DNA from: Verrucomicrobiota bacterium
Lineage (GTDB): Bacteria > Verrucomicrobiota > Verrucomicrobiia > Methylacidiphilales > JBCBYL01
Length of the DNA: 64,000 bases
NCBI GenBank assembly: GCA_038748025.1
Contig: JBCDJI010000010.1
Location: 69,453-133,452, forward strand
Reading direction: 5' to 3'
In this document: one piece after another, positions 19,179 to 28,312 of the stretch
How the letters are laid out: every line of letters begins with the position of its first letter
Position numbering within the stretch: position 1 is the first letter of the stretch
Made by a program: the position numbers and the translations under genes
Notes under the pieces: model-generated
The model's input: only the letters and a program-made list of their open reading frames with translations
Databases searched by the model: none
Told to the model about the DNA's origin: nothing

Positions 19179-19724
19179 GTGGCCCGCAATATTGTTTATT
19201 TTGATCTGGAAACTCAGCTCAGCGCGCAGGAAGTCGGCGGCTGGGGCAATATTGCCGATATGCGTATGTCTATCGGTGTTACCTTCAGCACCGCGCGTGG
19301 CAGCTATCAGATCTACAGCGAGGAACAGGTTGGCGCTCTGATCACCGAACTACAGCGAGCGGATCTTGTAGTCGGATTCAATCTGCTGCGTTTCGATTAT
19401 ACGGTGCTTGAGCCCTATGCCTGCTTCGATTTCTCTCAGGTACCTACTTGTGATATGATGATTGATCTGCAGCAGAGCATTGGAACGCGTCTTAAACTGG
19501 ACTCCGTCGCGGAAGCATCACTTGGCGTGAATAAGACGGCTGAGGGAACGGAAGCGCTCAAGTGGTGGAAAGAGGGCAAAATCCGTGAGATCGCCGAATA
19601 TTGCTGCTTCGATGTTAAAGTAACCAAAATGGTCTATGAGTTCGGTGCCGAAAACGGTCACGTTCTGTTTAAAAGCCGTAAGACACAGCTGAAGCAGGAA
19701 ATCCCCGTAAAGTGGGCCATGTAA
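19179..19724 (+). CDS. RNase H-like / DEDD-type 3'-5' exonuclease domain protein
   Basis: IVYFDLET (ExoI-like D-x-E), VGFNLLRFDYTVL (ExoII-like) and EYCCFDVKVT (ExoIII-like). Confidence 0.6.
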   Translation: MARNIVYFDLETQLSAQEVGGWGNIADMRMSIGVTFSTARGSYQIYSEEQVGALITELQRADLVVGFNLLRFDYTVLEPYACFDFSQVPTCDMMIDLQQSIGTRLKLDSVAEASLGVNKTAEGTEALKWWKEGKIREIAEYCCFDVKVTKMVYEFGAENGHVLFKSRKTQLKQEIPVKWAM

Positions 19725-19841
19725 CAGCCATCTTTTCCCATCATTTTCAGCAGAGTCCTGCCCGAATCCGTTGAACTGCGGTGGCCTAGCGAGTCGTTTT
19801 GTCTTGTCAAGCATCAGTATATCCCTATCGTCTCGCATCTT

Positions 19842-20963
19842 ATGACTACTGATTCACGTCTCGCAAGACAAACGGCAGAACGCCTTATTGGCTCCCGTGC
19901 TCAACTGCTCAAATACAAAGGTCTGGTCGGCTTCGACGGCTTTGTGGATACAATCGCGCAGGTGGTCGACCAGCGTCAAAGTGTCACCAAATATACTCCC
20001 CACAAAACTATCAAAGCGTTTTCCAAGAAAGTCGCTGAAGCAGCCGGTGTGAGTGGAAACTTTGAAATCGTAGCGCAGACAGAGAAAATGGGCGGAAACG
20101 GCCCGATTATGGCCTTTGCACTGAGCACACTGGGTGCTCCGGTCGAGTATCTCGGTATGGTTGGTAACAAAAATGATGCCCCGCCCGTATTCGCCGAATT
20201 TGCCAAACGAGCCAAGATCCATGGTATTGCAGACCCGGGTCAGACCCTGGCACTGGAGTTTGGTGACGGCAAATTGATGCTCGGTCAACATGCTACGGTC
20301 CACGAGGTCAGTTGGGATAATATCAAAAAGCGTTTCGGAGATAAGAAATTTAAAGCCCTGTGGAAGCAATCTGACTTTGTTTCTATGGTTAACTGGACCA
20401 TGTTGCCGCACATGTCGACCATATGGAAAAAAATGCAGAGCGAATTCAAGCCGGCTAAAGATGAAAAGCGCAAGCTGTTGTTCTTCGACCTGGCTGACCC
20501 TGCCAAGCGCACAGATGCTGACCTGAATGCCGCACTCAAAATTATTGGCGATTTCCAGACCAATCATGATGTCATTCTGGGATTGAATGAGAGCGAAGCC
20601 CTACACGTTGCCAAAGTGCTGCGTCTTAAGAAATTCCCGAAGACTCCTAAAGGTTACTCGGGGATGTCCGGAGCAATCCGGGAGAAACTTAGTCTGCATA
20701 CTGTCGTCGTGCACCCGACCCAGTATGCTGTTGGCTCCGATGAAGAAGACGGTGAAGTGCAAGTCGCTGGTCCCTTCACTGCTAAGCCGAAGATTAGCAC
20801 TGGTGCGGGAGACCACTTCAACGCCGGTTTCCTGATTGGACGCCTGCTAGGTCTAAGTCTGCGTCACTCCCTGCAACTCGCCGTTGCCAGTTCAGGCTTC
20901 TATGTGCGCCATGCCAGCAGCCCGAACCGAGAACAACTGGTTCGTTTCCTGCAGACACTATAA
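19842..20963 (+). CDS. PfkB-like carbohydrate/nucleoside kinase family protein
   Basis: 373 aa with the C-terminal ISTGAGDHFNAGF anion-hole motif of ribokinase/PfkB kinases. Confidence 0.6.
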   Translation: MTTDSRLARQTAERLIGSRAQLLKYKGLVGFDGFVDTIAQVVDQRQSVTKYTPHKTIKAFSKKVAEAAGVSGNFEIVAQTEKMGGNGPIMAFALSTLGAPVEYLGMVGNKNDAPPVFAEFAKRAKIHGIADPGQTLALEFGDGKLMLGQHATVHEVSWDNIKKRFGDKKFKALWKQSDFVSMVNWTMLPHMSTIWKKMQSEFKPAKDEKRKLLFFDLADPAKRTDADLNAALKIIGDFQTNHDVILGLNESEALHVAKVLRLKKFPKTPKGYSGMSGAIREKLSLHTVVVHPTQYAVGSDEEDGEVQVAGPFTAKPKISTGAGDHFNAGFLIGRLLGLSLRHSLQLAVASSGFYVRHASSPNREQLVRFLQTL

Positions 20964-21020
20964 TCCGATGGGCTGCTCGAAGTTCCAAAATTCGATTTCA
21001 AACGGCCATTTTATGGCATC

Positions 21021-21052
21021 AAAAAAGCCCGCTAAAGTAGGCGGGCTTTTTT
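21021..21052. terminator. Bidirectional rho-independent terminator between convergent genes
   Basis: aaaaaAGCCCGCtaaagtagGCGGGCTttttt, with A-run and T-run on either side. Confidence 0.8.
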
Positions 21053-21077
21053 AAGTCTGGATCTATGACAACAGAAT

Positions 21078-21614
21078 TTACTCACTTGAGCCTGCGCCTT
21101 CACCATCTTTGACCGTGAACGCCTTACCTTTCTTTTTACCGGGCTTGAGACCTGCATGCCGCTGGGCCTGCTGCCTGAAATTCTCGTCCAGCACCGTAAA
21201 TCCTTCAAGTTCCAGATAATAGCCGCAACCGATACCTCTTTTTCTTTCCCGATCAAGTTCCTTGATCTTACCGCTGAGTTGGACTAATGCACCGTTACGC
21301 AGCGTTTCCAGAACCGGTTTCATGTCATCCAACTCCCCGACGACGGGCAATTGCAGACTGCCTGCTCTGATCAGAACGTCTTTACCTTCCCGAAAGCGAG
21401 CGTTATTTTCAAAATACTCAGGCGCATTTTTTGCAAAGCCGCCATACACCGCTTTGTAGGTCACCCGGTCATTTTTATAATCCTCAATATTTAAGAGAAT
21501 GGATTTTAGATTAGGATCTGAATACGTGCTGTCTGGCGCACTGATGGTCTCAGCTTGGATGGATATCGCTACGGAAAGAGCGAGGACGATGATGAATGAA
21601 TATGTGGCTTTCAT
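21078..21614 (-). CDS. Hypothetical secreted protein
   Basis: I chose the start MKATYSFIIVLALSVAISIQA (ATG 21614, signal peptide) over the GTG at 21638. Confidence 0.5.
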   Translation of the reverse strand: MKATYSFIIVLALSVAISIQAETISAPDSTYSDPNLKSILLNIEDYKNDRVTYKAVYGGFAKNAPEYFENNARFREGKDVLIRAGSLQLPVVGELDDMKPVLETLRNGALVQLSGKIKELDRERKRGIGCGYYLELEGFTVLDENFRQQAQRHAGLKPGKKKGKAFTVKDGEGAGSSE

Positions 21615-21627
21615 ATCAAAGTAAACT

Positions 21628-21711
21628 GACAGAATCACAGAAAGTTGCAGAAAGAATCAGAGGCCATCAGAAGAGGCAACCCCCGATTTTGCATAAGTTA
21701 TTGCTTCTGTG
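21628..21711. repeat. Phased heptamer array (NNCAGAR x5, period 10 bp) plus a single inverted unit TTCTGTG
   Basis: gaCAGAAtCACAGAAagtTGCAGAAagaATCAGAGgccATCAGAAg at 21628..21673. The inverted partner cTTCTGTGg is at 21704..21712. It fills the tkt-to-next-gene junction. Confidence 0.6.
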
Positions 21712-21713
21712 GA

Positions 21714-23762
21714 CTATACCATCCCCCGGTAAGCACTGATAAATCCATCCGCATTCAGTCCATGTTTATCGTAAAGGTGGTCCGCTTTATAAGCGGACTG
21801 TCCAAATTCTCCGTCGATACCTAGCGTCTTGCCCTTGAAAGCAATACCGGCATTTACCAAGGCACTGATCACCTGGGAACCCATGCCACAAATGGTCTGA
21901 TGATCTTCCATGGTAACCAGATGTCCGGTTTTGCTGACGGCAGCGCCAATAGTATCAAGATCCGGCTGATTCACGAATGAATTGTTGATCACGGTGGCGG
22001 ACTTGCCTTCGGCCATCAACGTATCTGCTGCCTCCAGTGCCTTACCCACTAACGATCCATGCGTCAGGAAGGTGACATCCTCACCTTCGCGCAGCACCTG
22101 TGCTTTACCCCACTCATACGTCGCGCTCTCCAGATAGTAAACCGGATAGTTTTCACGTCCCAGGAAGAACAAAACCGAATCTGCCACCTTGCCGGCCAGC
22201 CGGGTATCGTGAATGCGTTTGATGGCCTGATACATCAGGGCTTCGGCTTCGTCCGCACAGGACAATGCCACAACTTGAGTATGCGGAATCGGGCTGGTTG
22301 CTGCAAAATAGGTAGTTGCCTGGTGCGACGCACCATCAGCAGCATCCTGAAAACCGATATGTGAAAATACACCAATGATGGGCGACTGCGAAAGTGCCGC
22401 CATGGTCAGCGGTAGATTACCCTTAGTCACACCAAACTGAGCAAAGGTATCCACAATCGGAATAAAGCCTGCGTTAGACAGCCCGGAGCCGGCGTTGATC
22501 ATGTTTGACTCAGCAATTCCTACATCAATGCTGCGATCCGGTAACGACTTGGAGAATGGTGCCATTCCGGTCGATCCTGCCAGGTCAGCCTGCACCGACA
22601 TGACGGGCATGCCCTCCTGGGCCGCTTGGATTGCTCCCTTGGAAAGTCCGGCTTGAATCTTGGTCTTCTTCACGAGCGGGGTTTCAGATACAGGAGCCTC
22701 CGCCTTAGCTTTCTGCGCCGCTTCCCAGATGTCATAAATTTCATCACCCCAGGCTTTGAATTCGGTCGGAACGTTGCCGCTGAAAATTTCATCCAGCCAA
22801 TCCTTGATCTTCTCACCGTTCGGCAAGGGGAAACCGTGACCGCCGGATGCATTTTCCTCGGTGGCTTTAATACCGTAACCTTTGATGGTCTTGAGCCAGA
22901 CGAAGACTGGTCGGGTCGGATCCGCTTTTGCTGCTGCGATGGCTTCTTCCATCTTCAGATACACGTCCTGCAGGTCGTGACCGTTCTCGACTTTGATCAC
23001 TTTCCAGCCATTGGTTTCGATGGCCGCCAGACTGTCCTGCATCGAGAAAGCATCCGTGCAACGACCCGACAGCTTGGTATTATTATCAGAAACCACCATC
23101 ACAAACGGGTTGACCATACCCTGCTTGGCAAAGCCCGGAATCGCGGCGACCGCTTCTTTAGCTTCCCCTTCGTACAGTGCCCCGTCAGAAATCACACACA
23201 GTGTCACGCGATTGCGCCCGGCGTATTTATCCCCCAGTGCCAGCCCCTGTGCTTGCGGCAGTCCGGATCCCAGCGGACCGTTACTGACCAGCACACCTTC
23301 CGGATTCAAGTGAGCTTCCCCATGGCCGGTAAGCTTGGATTCAATACTGCGGAATTTTTTAAGATCGTCGAAAGTCAGACCGTCGAAACCAAGGATGGCA
23401 CGCAAGGCATAGACTCCATTTTCAGTATGCCCGGCGTCGTTAACGTAATTGAATGCTTCATGCCATGGTCGACCAGTGGTTGCAAACATCAGCGCGTGGA
23501 TGGCAGCGTTGACCTCTGCCAGTGCGGCAGGGCCGCCCCAGTGACATGCAGCTCCCCCGTTGACCGCATGCACGTTCATGCAGGCGACGGCCCCCCGGGT
23601 GGCACGCGGATCAGCAACCTTCACGGTCTCACCAGCAGCGTTTTTAATTTCCATCAGATATTTCGGATCACTGGACGGGGTGTCAGCTAGGCGTGATTTC
23701 AGTTTAAGTGGTGTCAACGCCGGCGCTTCGACGGCTTGAACGGGTGTAGTATCAGCTCCCAT
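21714..23762 (-). CDS. tkt: Transketolase-family thiamine-diphosphate enzyme (divergent)
   Basis: 682 aa, collinear with TktA (GPLGSGLPQAQGLA; ISDGALYEGEAKE; VSDNNTKLSG; C-terminal pyrimidine-binding and TKC domains). Canonical SGHPG reads ACHWGGP and GDG reads SDG. Confidence 0.75.
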   Translation of the reverse strand: MGADTTPVQAVEAPALTPLKLKSRLADTPSSDPKYLMEIKNAAGETVKVADPRATRGAVACMNVHAVNGGAACHWGGPAALAEVNAAIHALMFATTGRPWHEAFNYVNDAGHTENGVYALRAILGFDGLTFDDLKKFRSIESKLTGHGEAHLNPEGVLVSNGPLGSGLPQAQGLALGDKYAGRNRVTLCVISDGALYEGEAKEAVAAIPGFAKQGMVNPFVMVVSDNNTKLSGRCTDAFSMQDSLAAIETNGWKVIKVENGHDLQDVYLKMEEAIAAAKADPTRPVFVWLKTIKGYGIKATEENASGGHGFPLPNGEKIKDWLDEIFSGNVPTEFKAWGDEIYDIWEAAQKAKAEAPVSETPLVKKTKIQAGLSKGAIQAAQEGMPVMSVQADLAGSTGMAPFSKSLPDRSIDVGIAESNMINAGSGLSNAGFIPIVDTFAQFGVTKGNLPLTMAALSQSPIIGVFSHIGFQDAADGASHQATTYFAATSPIPHTQVVALSCADEAEALMYQAIKRIHDTRLAGKVADSVLFFLGRENYPVYYLESATYEWGKAQVLREGEDVTFLTHGSLVGKALEAADTLMAEGKSATVINNSFVNQPDLDTIGAAVSKTGHLVTMEDHQTICGMGSQVISALVNAGIAFKGKTLGIDGEFGQSAYKADHLYDKHGLNADGFISAYRGMV

Positions 23763-24067
23763 TTTCTTATCTTTCTTAGGTTTACGTTAATTTGAGGCAC
23801 CCTTTCTAGGCACGACCCGTCCGTGTTGCAAGCAGAGGATTACTTCGTCACCCGCATGTCACCTGATGCTTAAACGATTTGAACGGCCAATGAAGTGTAT
23901 GGTCGCTCATATGCTGGTGTGAAATCTTTTGCCTGGAACTTGTTATTTTCTATGGCTGAGACAACTCTATTCCATAGAGATCCAGTAGAATTCGTGCAAA
24001 AACAGCATCAACCTTATCCAGCAAGTGCCTTGACCTGATCATTGCCTCATGTGAACCTAATGACATT

Positions 24068-24523
24068 ATGACACCACTCCCTGAAATTGGATTTGCTGCT
24101 GCGCTAACTGAAAATGCCCGTAACTACCTGACCACCTTCGGTGAATATTGTGACTACCCGGAAAACACGATTATTATTAAGCAAGGGGAAGCGGATGCTT
24201 ACATGTATCTCGTACTGGAAGGAGACTGCGATGTCTACTACCGCGGCTTCAAAGGGGATGTGAGCGTTGGGACCATCAAGCCTGGATCCAGCTTCGGGGA
24301 ATTTTCCATGCTTTTTAAGCAAGCCGCTAATGCTAATATTCGCAGCACCTCACCAGTGAAAGTCTGGAAAATCAAAGACGAGCGCTTTAATGTCTTTGAA
24401 CGCGAAGTGCCTGGAGCATCCAATACGATCATGCGAGAACTCCTGCAACTCATGGGCCGCCGCCTGAAAAATGCCGGACAGATTGTGGTGGGTAATACCA
24501 TTACTGGAGAAGCGGAGAAATAG
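24068..24523 (+). CDS. Cyclic nucleotide-binding domain protein (stand-alone)
   Basis: 151 aa. IIKQGEADAYMYLVLEGDCDV...FGEFSML...ANIRS. Confidence 0.75.
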   Translation: MTPLPEIGFAAALTENARNYLTTFGEYCDYPENTIIIKQGEADAYMYLVLEGDCDVYYRGFKGDVSVGTIKPGSSFGEFSMLFKQAANANIRSTSPVKVWKIKDERFNVFEREVPGASNTIMRELLQLMGRRLKNAGQIVVGNTITGEAEK

Positions 24524-24574
24524 GCCAGTATACTTCTGTCTATTCCGGGCGCCTATATTGAAGCCTGGCAAGAA

Positions 24575-24608
24575 ATTCCTCCCGACCACACAAAATGTCG
24601 GGAGGAAT
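24575..24608. terminator. Perfect 12-bp hairpin between convergent genes (possible terminator)
   Basis: ATTCCTCCCGACcacacaaaatGTCGGGAGGAAT. Only a weak T-run follows. Confidence 0.45.
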
Positions 24609-24689
24609 ATTCTCACGCTAAACCCGAAATTATAGGATAAGGATGTCCGATGTAGCCGGACTTCTTGTCATCGCATCACCCGCAACATT

Positions 24690-25370
24690 CTACCTGGTCA
24701 ACACGTTCTGCTCGCGAATTTCGGTGACCTGTTGTTTGTGGCAGAGCAAAAAGCGAGGTTTTTCGAAGTAATCTGTTAGCGGCTCTTCCGGCCACCAAAG
24801 GCCTCCGGTATAGGCACCGTAGGCGGGACAAAGCACTTGCTGCTTCGTAACCAGAAAACACTTCCCGGAAAGACGCCGTCCGCGCAGCTGTATCCGAGCT
24901 TTGGGGTGGAAGTGTCCGAAGATGTTAAATCCGCTGTTCCTTACCGGCTCATGAGTGTAAAGGATGCCGGATTGCTCCAACTTGGGACAGACCATGCCGG
25001 GAATTTCCTTTTTACTCATGTTGAAGGAATCTGCGTCATGGTTGCCGGTCACCCAAACCCACTCGCGCCCGGACGCCAGTGGCTGCAACTGTTCCCATAC
25101 CTCACCGTCCACCCACTCCGGGCTATCGCTGCAGTGAAATGAATCTCCGAGTAACCATACCCTCTGTGGCTGCCAGTTTGCGATATCCGCTGTGAGCTGC
25201 TGTAAGGTCGCACGATCATCATACGGCGGCAACAGATTTCCCTGAGTGGCAAAACTCTGCCCCTTGCCCAGATGCAGATCGGCAACGATCAGAGTCTTTG
25301 ACCCTGTCAGCCACAACCCGCCGGAAGGCAATGCTAAAAACTGCTGATCTGCAAATTGAAATTCCGACAT
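24690..25370 (-). CDS. pdeM: Ligase-associated DNA damage response endonuclease PdeM (metallophosphoesterase)
   Basis: LIVADLHLGKG...WLLGDSFH...VTGNHD...GHFHP are calcineurin-like phosphoesterase motifs. I chose the start MSEFQF (25370). The track ORF extension to 25631 overlaps the helicase. Confidence 0.8.
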   Translation of the reverse strand: MSEFQFADQQFLALPSGGLWLTGSKTLIVADLHLGKGQSFATQGNLLPPYDDRATLQQLTADIANWQPQRVWLLGDSFHCSDSPEWVDGEVWEQLQPLASGREWVWVTGNHDADSFNMSKKEIPGMVCPKLEQSGILYTHEPVRNSGFNIFGHFHPKARIQLRGRRLSGKCFLVTKQQVLCPAYGAYTGGLWWPEEPLTDYFEKPRFLLCHKQQVTEIREQNVLTR

Positions 25371-25385
25371 GGTGATCAGGAAATG

Positions 25386-25463
25386 AACCACAGAAGATAC
25401 GGAGAACACAGGTTTTTTAGCAGCAAATAGCCCAGCTCTGTAACATCTATGGCACTCTGATTG
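25386..25463. repeat. Degenerate cargo-less heptamer doublet (CACAGAG type) between the lhr stop and the pdeM start
   Basis: Left arm AACCACAGAAGATACGGAGAACACAGG. Right arm GCTCTGTAACATCTATGGCACTCTGATTG. Both align with the arms at 61625..61652 and 61683..61711. Confidence 0.5.
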
Positions 25464-25467
25464 TTCA

Positions 25468-27909
25468 TTATTCCATACCTGCTTCCCTGACCAGTTGATC
25501 GGATTCAAGTTCCAGTAACGCCGCCACGCCGCCCCCATCAATTGTTTCTTTACCCACTTCCAGAATGACCGGAATCGCAAAGGGAGAGATACGTTCGAGT
25601 CGCACGAAATGATGATGTCCCTGTGCTTCACTCAGCACGGCGTGCAAACGATCGCTGTTTACCATACCACGCGCTGCTTCAACGCGGGTAGCCTCCAGCA
25701 GCACGTGATCGGGCTCATATTGATGCAGCACATCGTAAATTAAATCGGAGGAAAAGGTCACCTGGCGACCCGACTTGCGTTTGCCGGGCAGTTGCCGGTC
25801 GATGAGCCCCGCGACCACCGCCGTTTCCCGGAATGTGCGTTTCATCCAGAAGGACTGATCCAGCCAGGTGCCCAGTTCCTGCTGAATGATTTCAGGATCC
25901 AGCAACGCTGCTGCCGTTGCGGCATCAGCGACCGGTTTGAGTGACCACACTGCCAGGGAGTAATCCGTAGTGACAAACCCCATAGGCTGCAGTCCGCATT
26001 TCTCCATCCGCTGAGTCATCAGCATACCTAAAGTATGATGAGCCGCCTTTCCTGCAAATGGATGCATCACCAGAAACTGCATTTCCTGGCGTGAAAAAGA
26101 CTCAACCAGAAGTTCATTCCTCTGCGGAATATGTGAGCGCCGGTCCTGCCAGGCCAGCCACTGCTGCACCGGCCCCGGAAAATCCGGCCAGTGGTTCCGG
26201 TCCGCAATGCGATCCCTCACTCGTTGTGCCAGTGGACCGGAGAGTGGTAATCTTCCTCCGGCAAAAGCAGGAATCTTAGGCGTATCCCCTTTGGCAGGTT
26301 CGGTTATTACCATCATTTCACGCACACTTTTAAACTCCAGCAAGCGGCCCGAAAACAAAAACGTATCGCCTGGTTGTAGTCCCTGAATAAACCGCTCTTC
26401 CACCTCACCCAGATGCATCCGCTTCCCCATCCGGATTTTAAGATGGGTATAACCGACGATGGTGCCAATATTCATCCGGTAATTGCGCGCGATGCGCTGG
26501 CTAGCTATCTGCAGTCTGCCATCCGGCAATGTCTTAAGCTTGCGGAACTGTTCATACGCTTTCAATGCATAGCCGCCGGTTGCCGCAAAATTTAACGCCC
26601 GGTCAAACAGCTCGCGCGACAATGCGCGATAAGGTCCGGCTGCTTTCACCTCGGCAAATAGCTGGTCGGTCCAAGCCGGGCTTGAACAACATCTTCCTGT
26701 AAGATGCTGGATCAGCACGTCCATGCTGCCGGTGCGTCGGTAATGATTGTCCAGATCATTGACGGTAATGGCATCAATCGCAGCCAGTGCTTCTATGGTT
26801 TCCATCCGGTTCGTCGGAACCAGCACTGCTTTACTTGCCTTGTCCAGTTGGTGATTGGATCGCCCGATGCGCTGCATCAGTCGAGCCACCCCTTTTGGCG
26901 GTCCGATCTGCACCACCAGATCCACGCTGCCCCAGTCGATCCCCAGATCCAGTGACGAAGTGGCCACTACGGCTCGGTATTCTCCATTCGCCAAATCCTG
27001 CTCCAGCTCCAGCCGGTGTTCGCGATCCAGACTACCATGGTGTAGCGCTATGGGCAGGTCCTCATGATTCATCTCCTGCAGGGCCTGATAGGTGAGCTCC
27101 GCTTGTGCCCGGGTATTGACGAATACTATGCTGGTCTGATGCTGGAGGATCATCTGTATTATTTCCGGAATGGCATAGCGTCCGCTGTGCCCCGACCACG
27201 GCAAGCGATCCGTAGCCTCCAATAAAGTGATGTCAGGCACAGCTTTGGTAACCATCTGCTGCTGGTAGGCATTAATGACCCTTACCTGCTCCGGATTCCG
27301 GGCATTCAGATATCCAGCCAGCTCTTCCGGTTCCGCGACTGTGGCAGAGAGCGCAATCAGTTTCAGCTTCGGATTTGCTTGCCGCAGCCGCGCCAGGTTC
27401 AGAGCTAACAGATCGCCCCGCTTGTTGTCCGCCAGCGCGTGCAGTTCATCCAGAATCACATAATCCAGATGTTTAAAATACGCCTCGGCATCCGCGTAGG
27501 AATGGATCAGCGCCAACGACTCCGGCGTCGTCAGCAGCATGTCCGGCGGGTCGGTCATCTGCTTTTTGCGCTGGTAGCTGTTGGTATCGCCGGTGCGGAC
27601 TTCGCACCGCAGTCCCAGTTTCATTTCCAGCAGCGGCACCTGCAGGTTGCGGTGAATGTCTGTAGCCAATGCCTTGAGTGGGGAAAGATAAAGCATCCGC
27701 AGTTTGGATTTAGAAGCAGAAGCTGCCGCCGCATCGATCAGCCCGGGTAGAAAACCCGACAATGTCTTTCCGCCACCAGTTGGAGCAATCAGCAGCACCG
27801 TATCTGCCGAGTGACTCGCCTCAATGACATCCAGCTGGTGCGGATACGGCGCCCAACCACGCGACTCGAACCAATATTGAAAGCGCTCAGGAAGTTTTGT
27901 CATTTTCAT
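25468..27909 (-). CDS. lhr: Ligase-associated DNA damage response DEXH-box helicase (Lhr-like)
   Basis: APTGGGKT (Walker A), ILDELH (DExH), SATV, HHGSL...TSSLDLGID...QIGPPKG..RIGRSNH. The start is MKMTK (27909) or MTK (27903). Confidence 0.85.
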   Translation of the reverse strand: MKMTKLPERFQYWFESRGWAPYPHQLDVIEASHSADTVLLIAPTGGGKTLSGFLPGLIDAAAASASKSKLRMLYLSPLKALATDIHRNLQVPLLEMKLGLRCEVRTGDTNSYQRKKQMTDPPDMLLTTPESLALIHSYADAEAYFKHLDYVILDELHALADNKRGDLLALNLARLRQANPKLKLIALSATVAEPEELAGYLNARNPEQVRVINAYQQQMVTKAVPDITLLEATDRLPWSGHSGRYAIPEIIQMILQHQTSIVFVNTRAQAELTYQALQEMNHEDLPIALHHGSLDREHRLELEQDLANGEYRAVVATSSLDLGIDWGSVDLVVQIGPPKGVARLMQRIGRSNHQLDKASKAVLVPTNRMETIEALAAIDAITVNDLDNHYRRTGSMDVLIQHLTGRCCSSPAWTDQLFAEVKAAGPYRALSRELFDRALNFAATGGYALKAYEQFRKLKTLPDGRLQIASQRIARNYRMNIGTIVGYTHLKIRMGKRMHLGEVEERFIQGLQPGDTFLFSGRLLEFKSVREMMVITEPAKGDTPKIPAFAGGRLPLSGPLAQRVRDRIADRNHWPDFPGPVQQWLAWQDRRSHIPQRNELLVESFSRQEMQFLVMHPFAGKAAHHTLGMLMTQRMEKCGLQPMGFVTTDYSLAVWSLKPVADAATAAALLDPEIIQQELGTWLDQSFWMKRTFRETAVVAGLIDRQLPGKRKSGRQVTFSSDLIYDVLHQYEPDHVLLEATRVEAARGMVNSDRLHAVLSEAQGHHHFVRLERISPFAIPVILEVGKETIDGGGVAALLELESDQLVREAGME

Positions 27910-28312
27910 CCGCAGATGACGCAGATTTTCGCAGATTAAATACCAATCTTTTATATTGGAGGCTCGGGGCACCAAAATTAATTAGCAGCCCTCGGTTTAG
28001 GCCTGTGGCTTTGAGATAATTGATTACTTGAGATTCTTCTACGCCGGTTAGTTTTTGCAGAGCTTTCAATTCTACAATGACCATACCATAACAAATAAAA
28101 TCTGCCTGATATTCTGCGATGACCTCACCCCGATACGATACCGGCAAGCGAACCTCTCGTTCATACGGAATGCCTTGTGCCAGGAAATCCTTTTCGAGCG
28201 CCGTCTGATAAACTGCCTCTAAAAAACCATGCCCTAATTCACGATGGACGGTCATGGCTACACCAATAATGTCATAAGTTTCTTTATCTTTGTTTTTAGA
28301 ATCTGCGTCCAT
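27887..28312 (-). CDS. GxxExxY protein (PD-(D/E)xK nuclease-like), copy 1
   Basis: TVHRELGHGFLEAVYQTAL carries the GxxExxY motif. ADFICYGMVIVELKA has the D...ELK nuclease-like motif. The C-terminal 15 aa are encoded by the repeat arm. Confidence 0.85.
   Translation of the reverse strand: MDADSKNKDKETYDIIGVAMTVHRELGHGFLEAVYQTALEKDFLAQGIPYEREVRLPVSYRGEVIAEYQADFICYGMVIVELKALQKLTGVEESQVINYLKATGLNRGLLINFGAPSLQYKRLVFNLRKSASSADENDKTS

Noticed and set aside
19854-20567. 237-aa ORF on the minus strand
   Set aside because: It is antisense to the PfkB-like kinase gene and has no motifs.
22626-23690. 354-aa ORF on the plus strand
   Set aside because: It is entirely antisense to the well-supported transketolase-like gene. 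It has an Arg/Gly/Val-rich shadow-ORF composition and no motifs.
23950-24045. CUGAGA and ACCUGAUC elements reminiscent of a TPP riboswitch upstream of 24068
   Set aside because: The two elements are about 75 nt apart, which is too far. The flanking P1/P3 pairing is absent, and the downstream gene is a cNMP-binding protein with no thiamine link.
24690-25631. Long version (313 aa) of the pdeM ORF
   Set aside because: The N-terminal 87 codons overlap the 3' end of the helicase gene and the repeat doublet. The conserved phosphoesterase begins at MSEFQF (25370).
27910-27975. N-terminal extension of the helicase ORF (MVPRASNIKDWYLICENLRHLR)
   Set aside because: This stretch is the translation of the CGCAGAT repeat arm and of the 3' end of the GxxExxY gene. 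The helicase homology starts at MKMTKLPERF.
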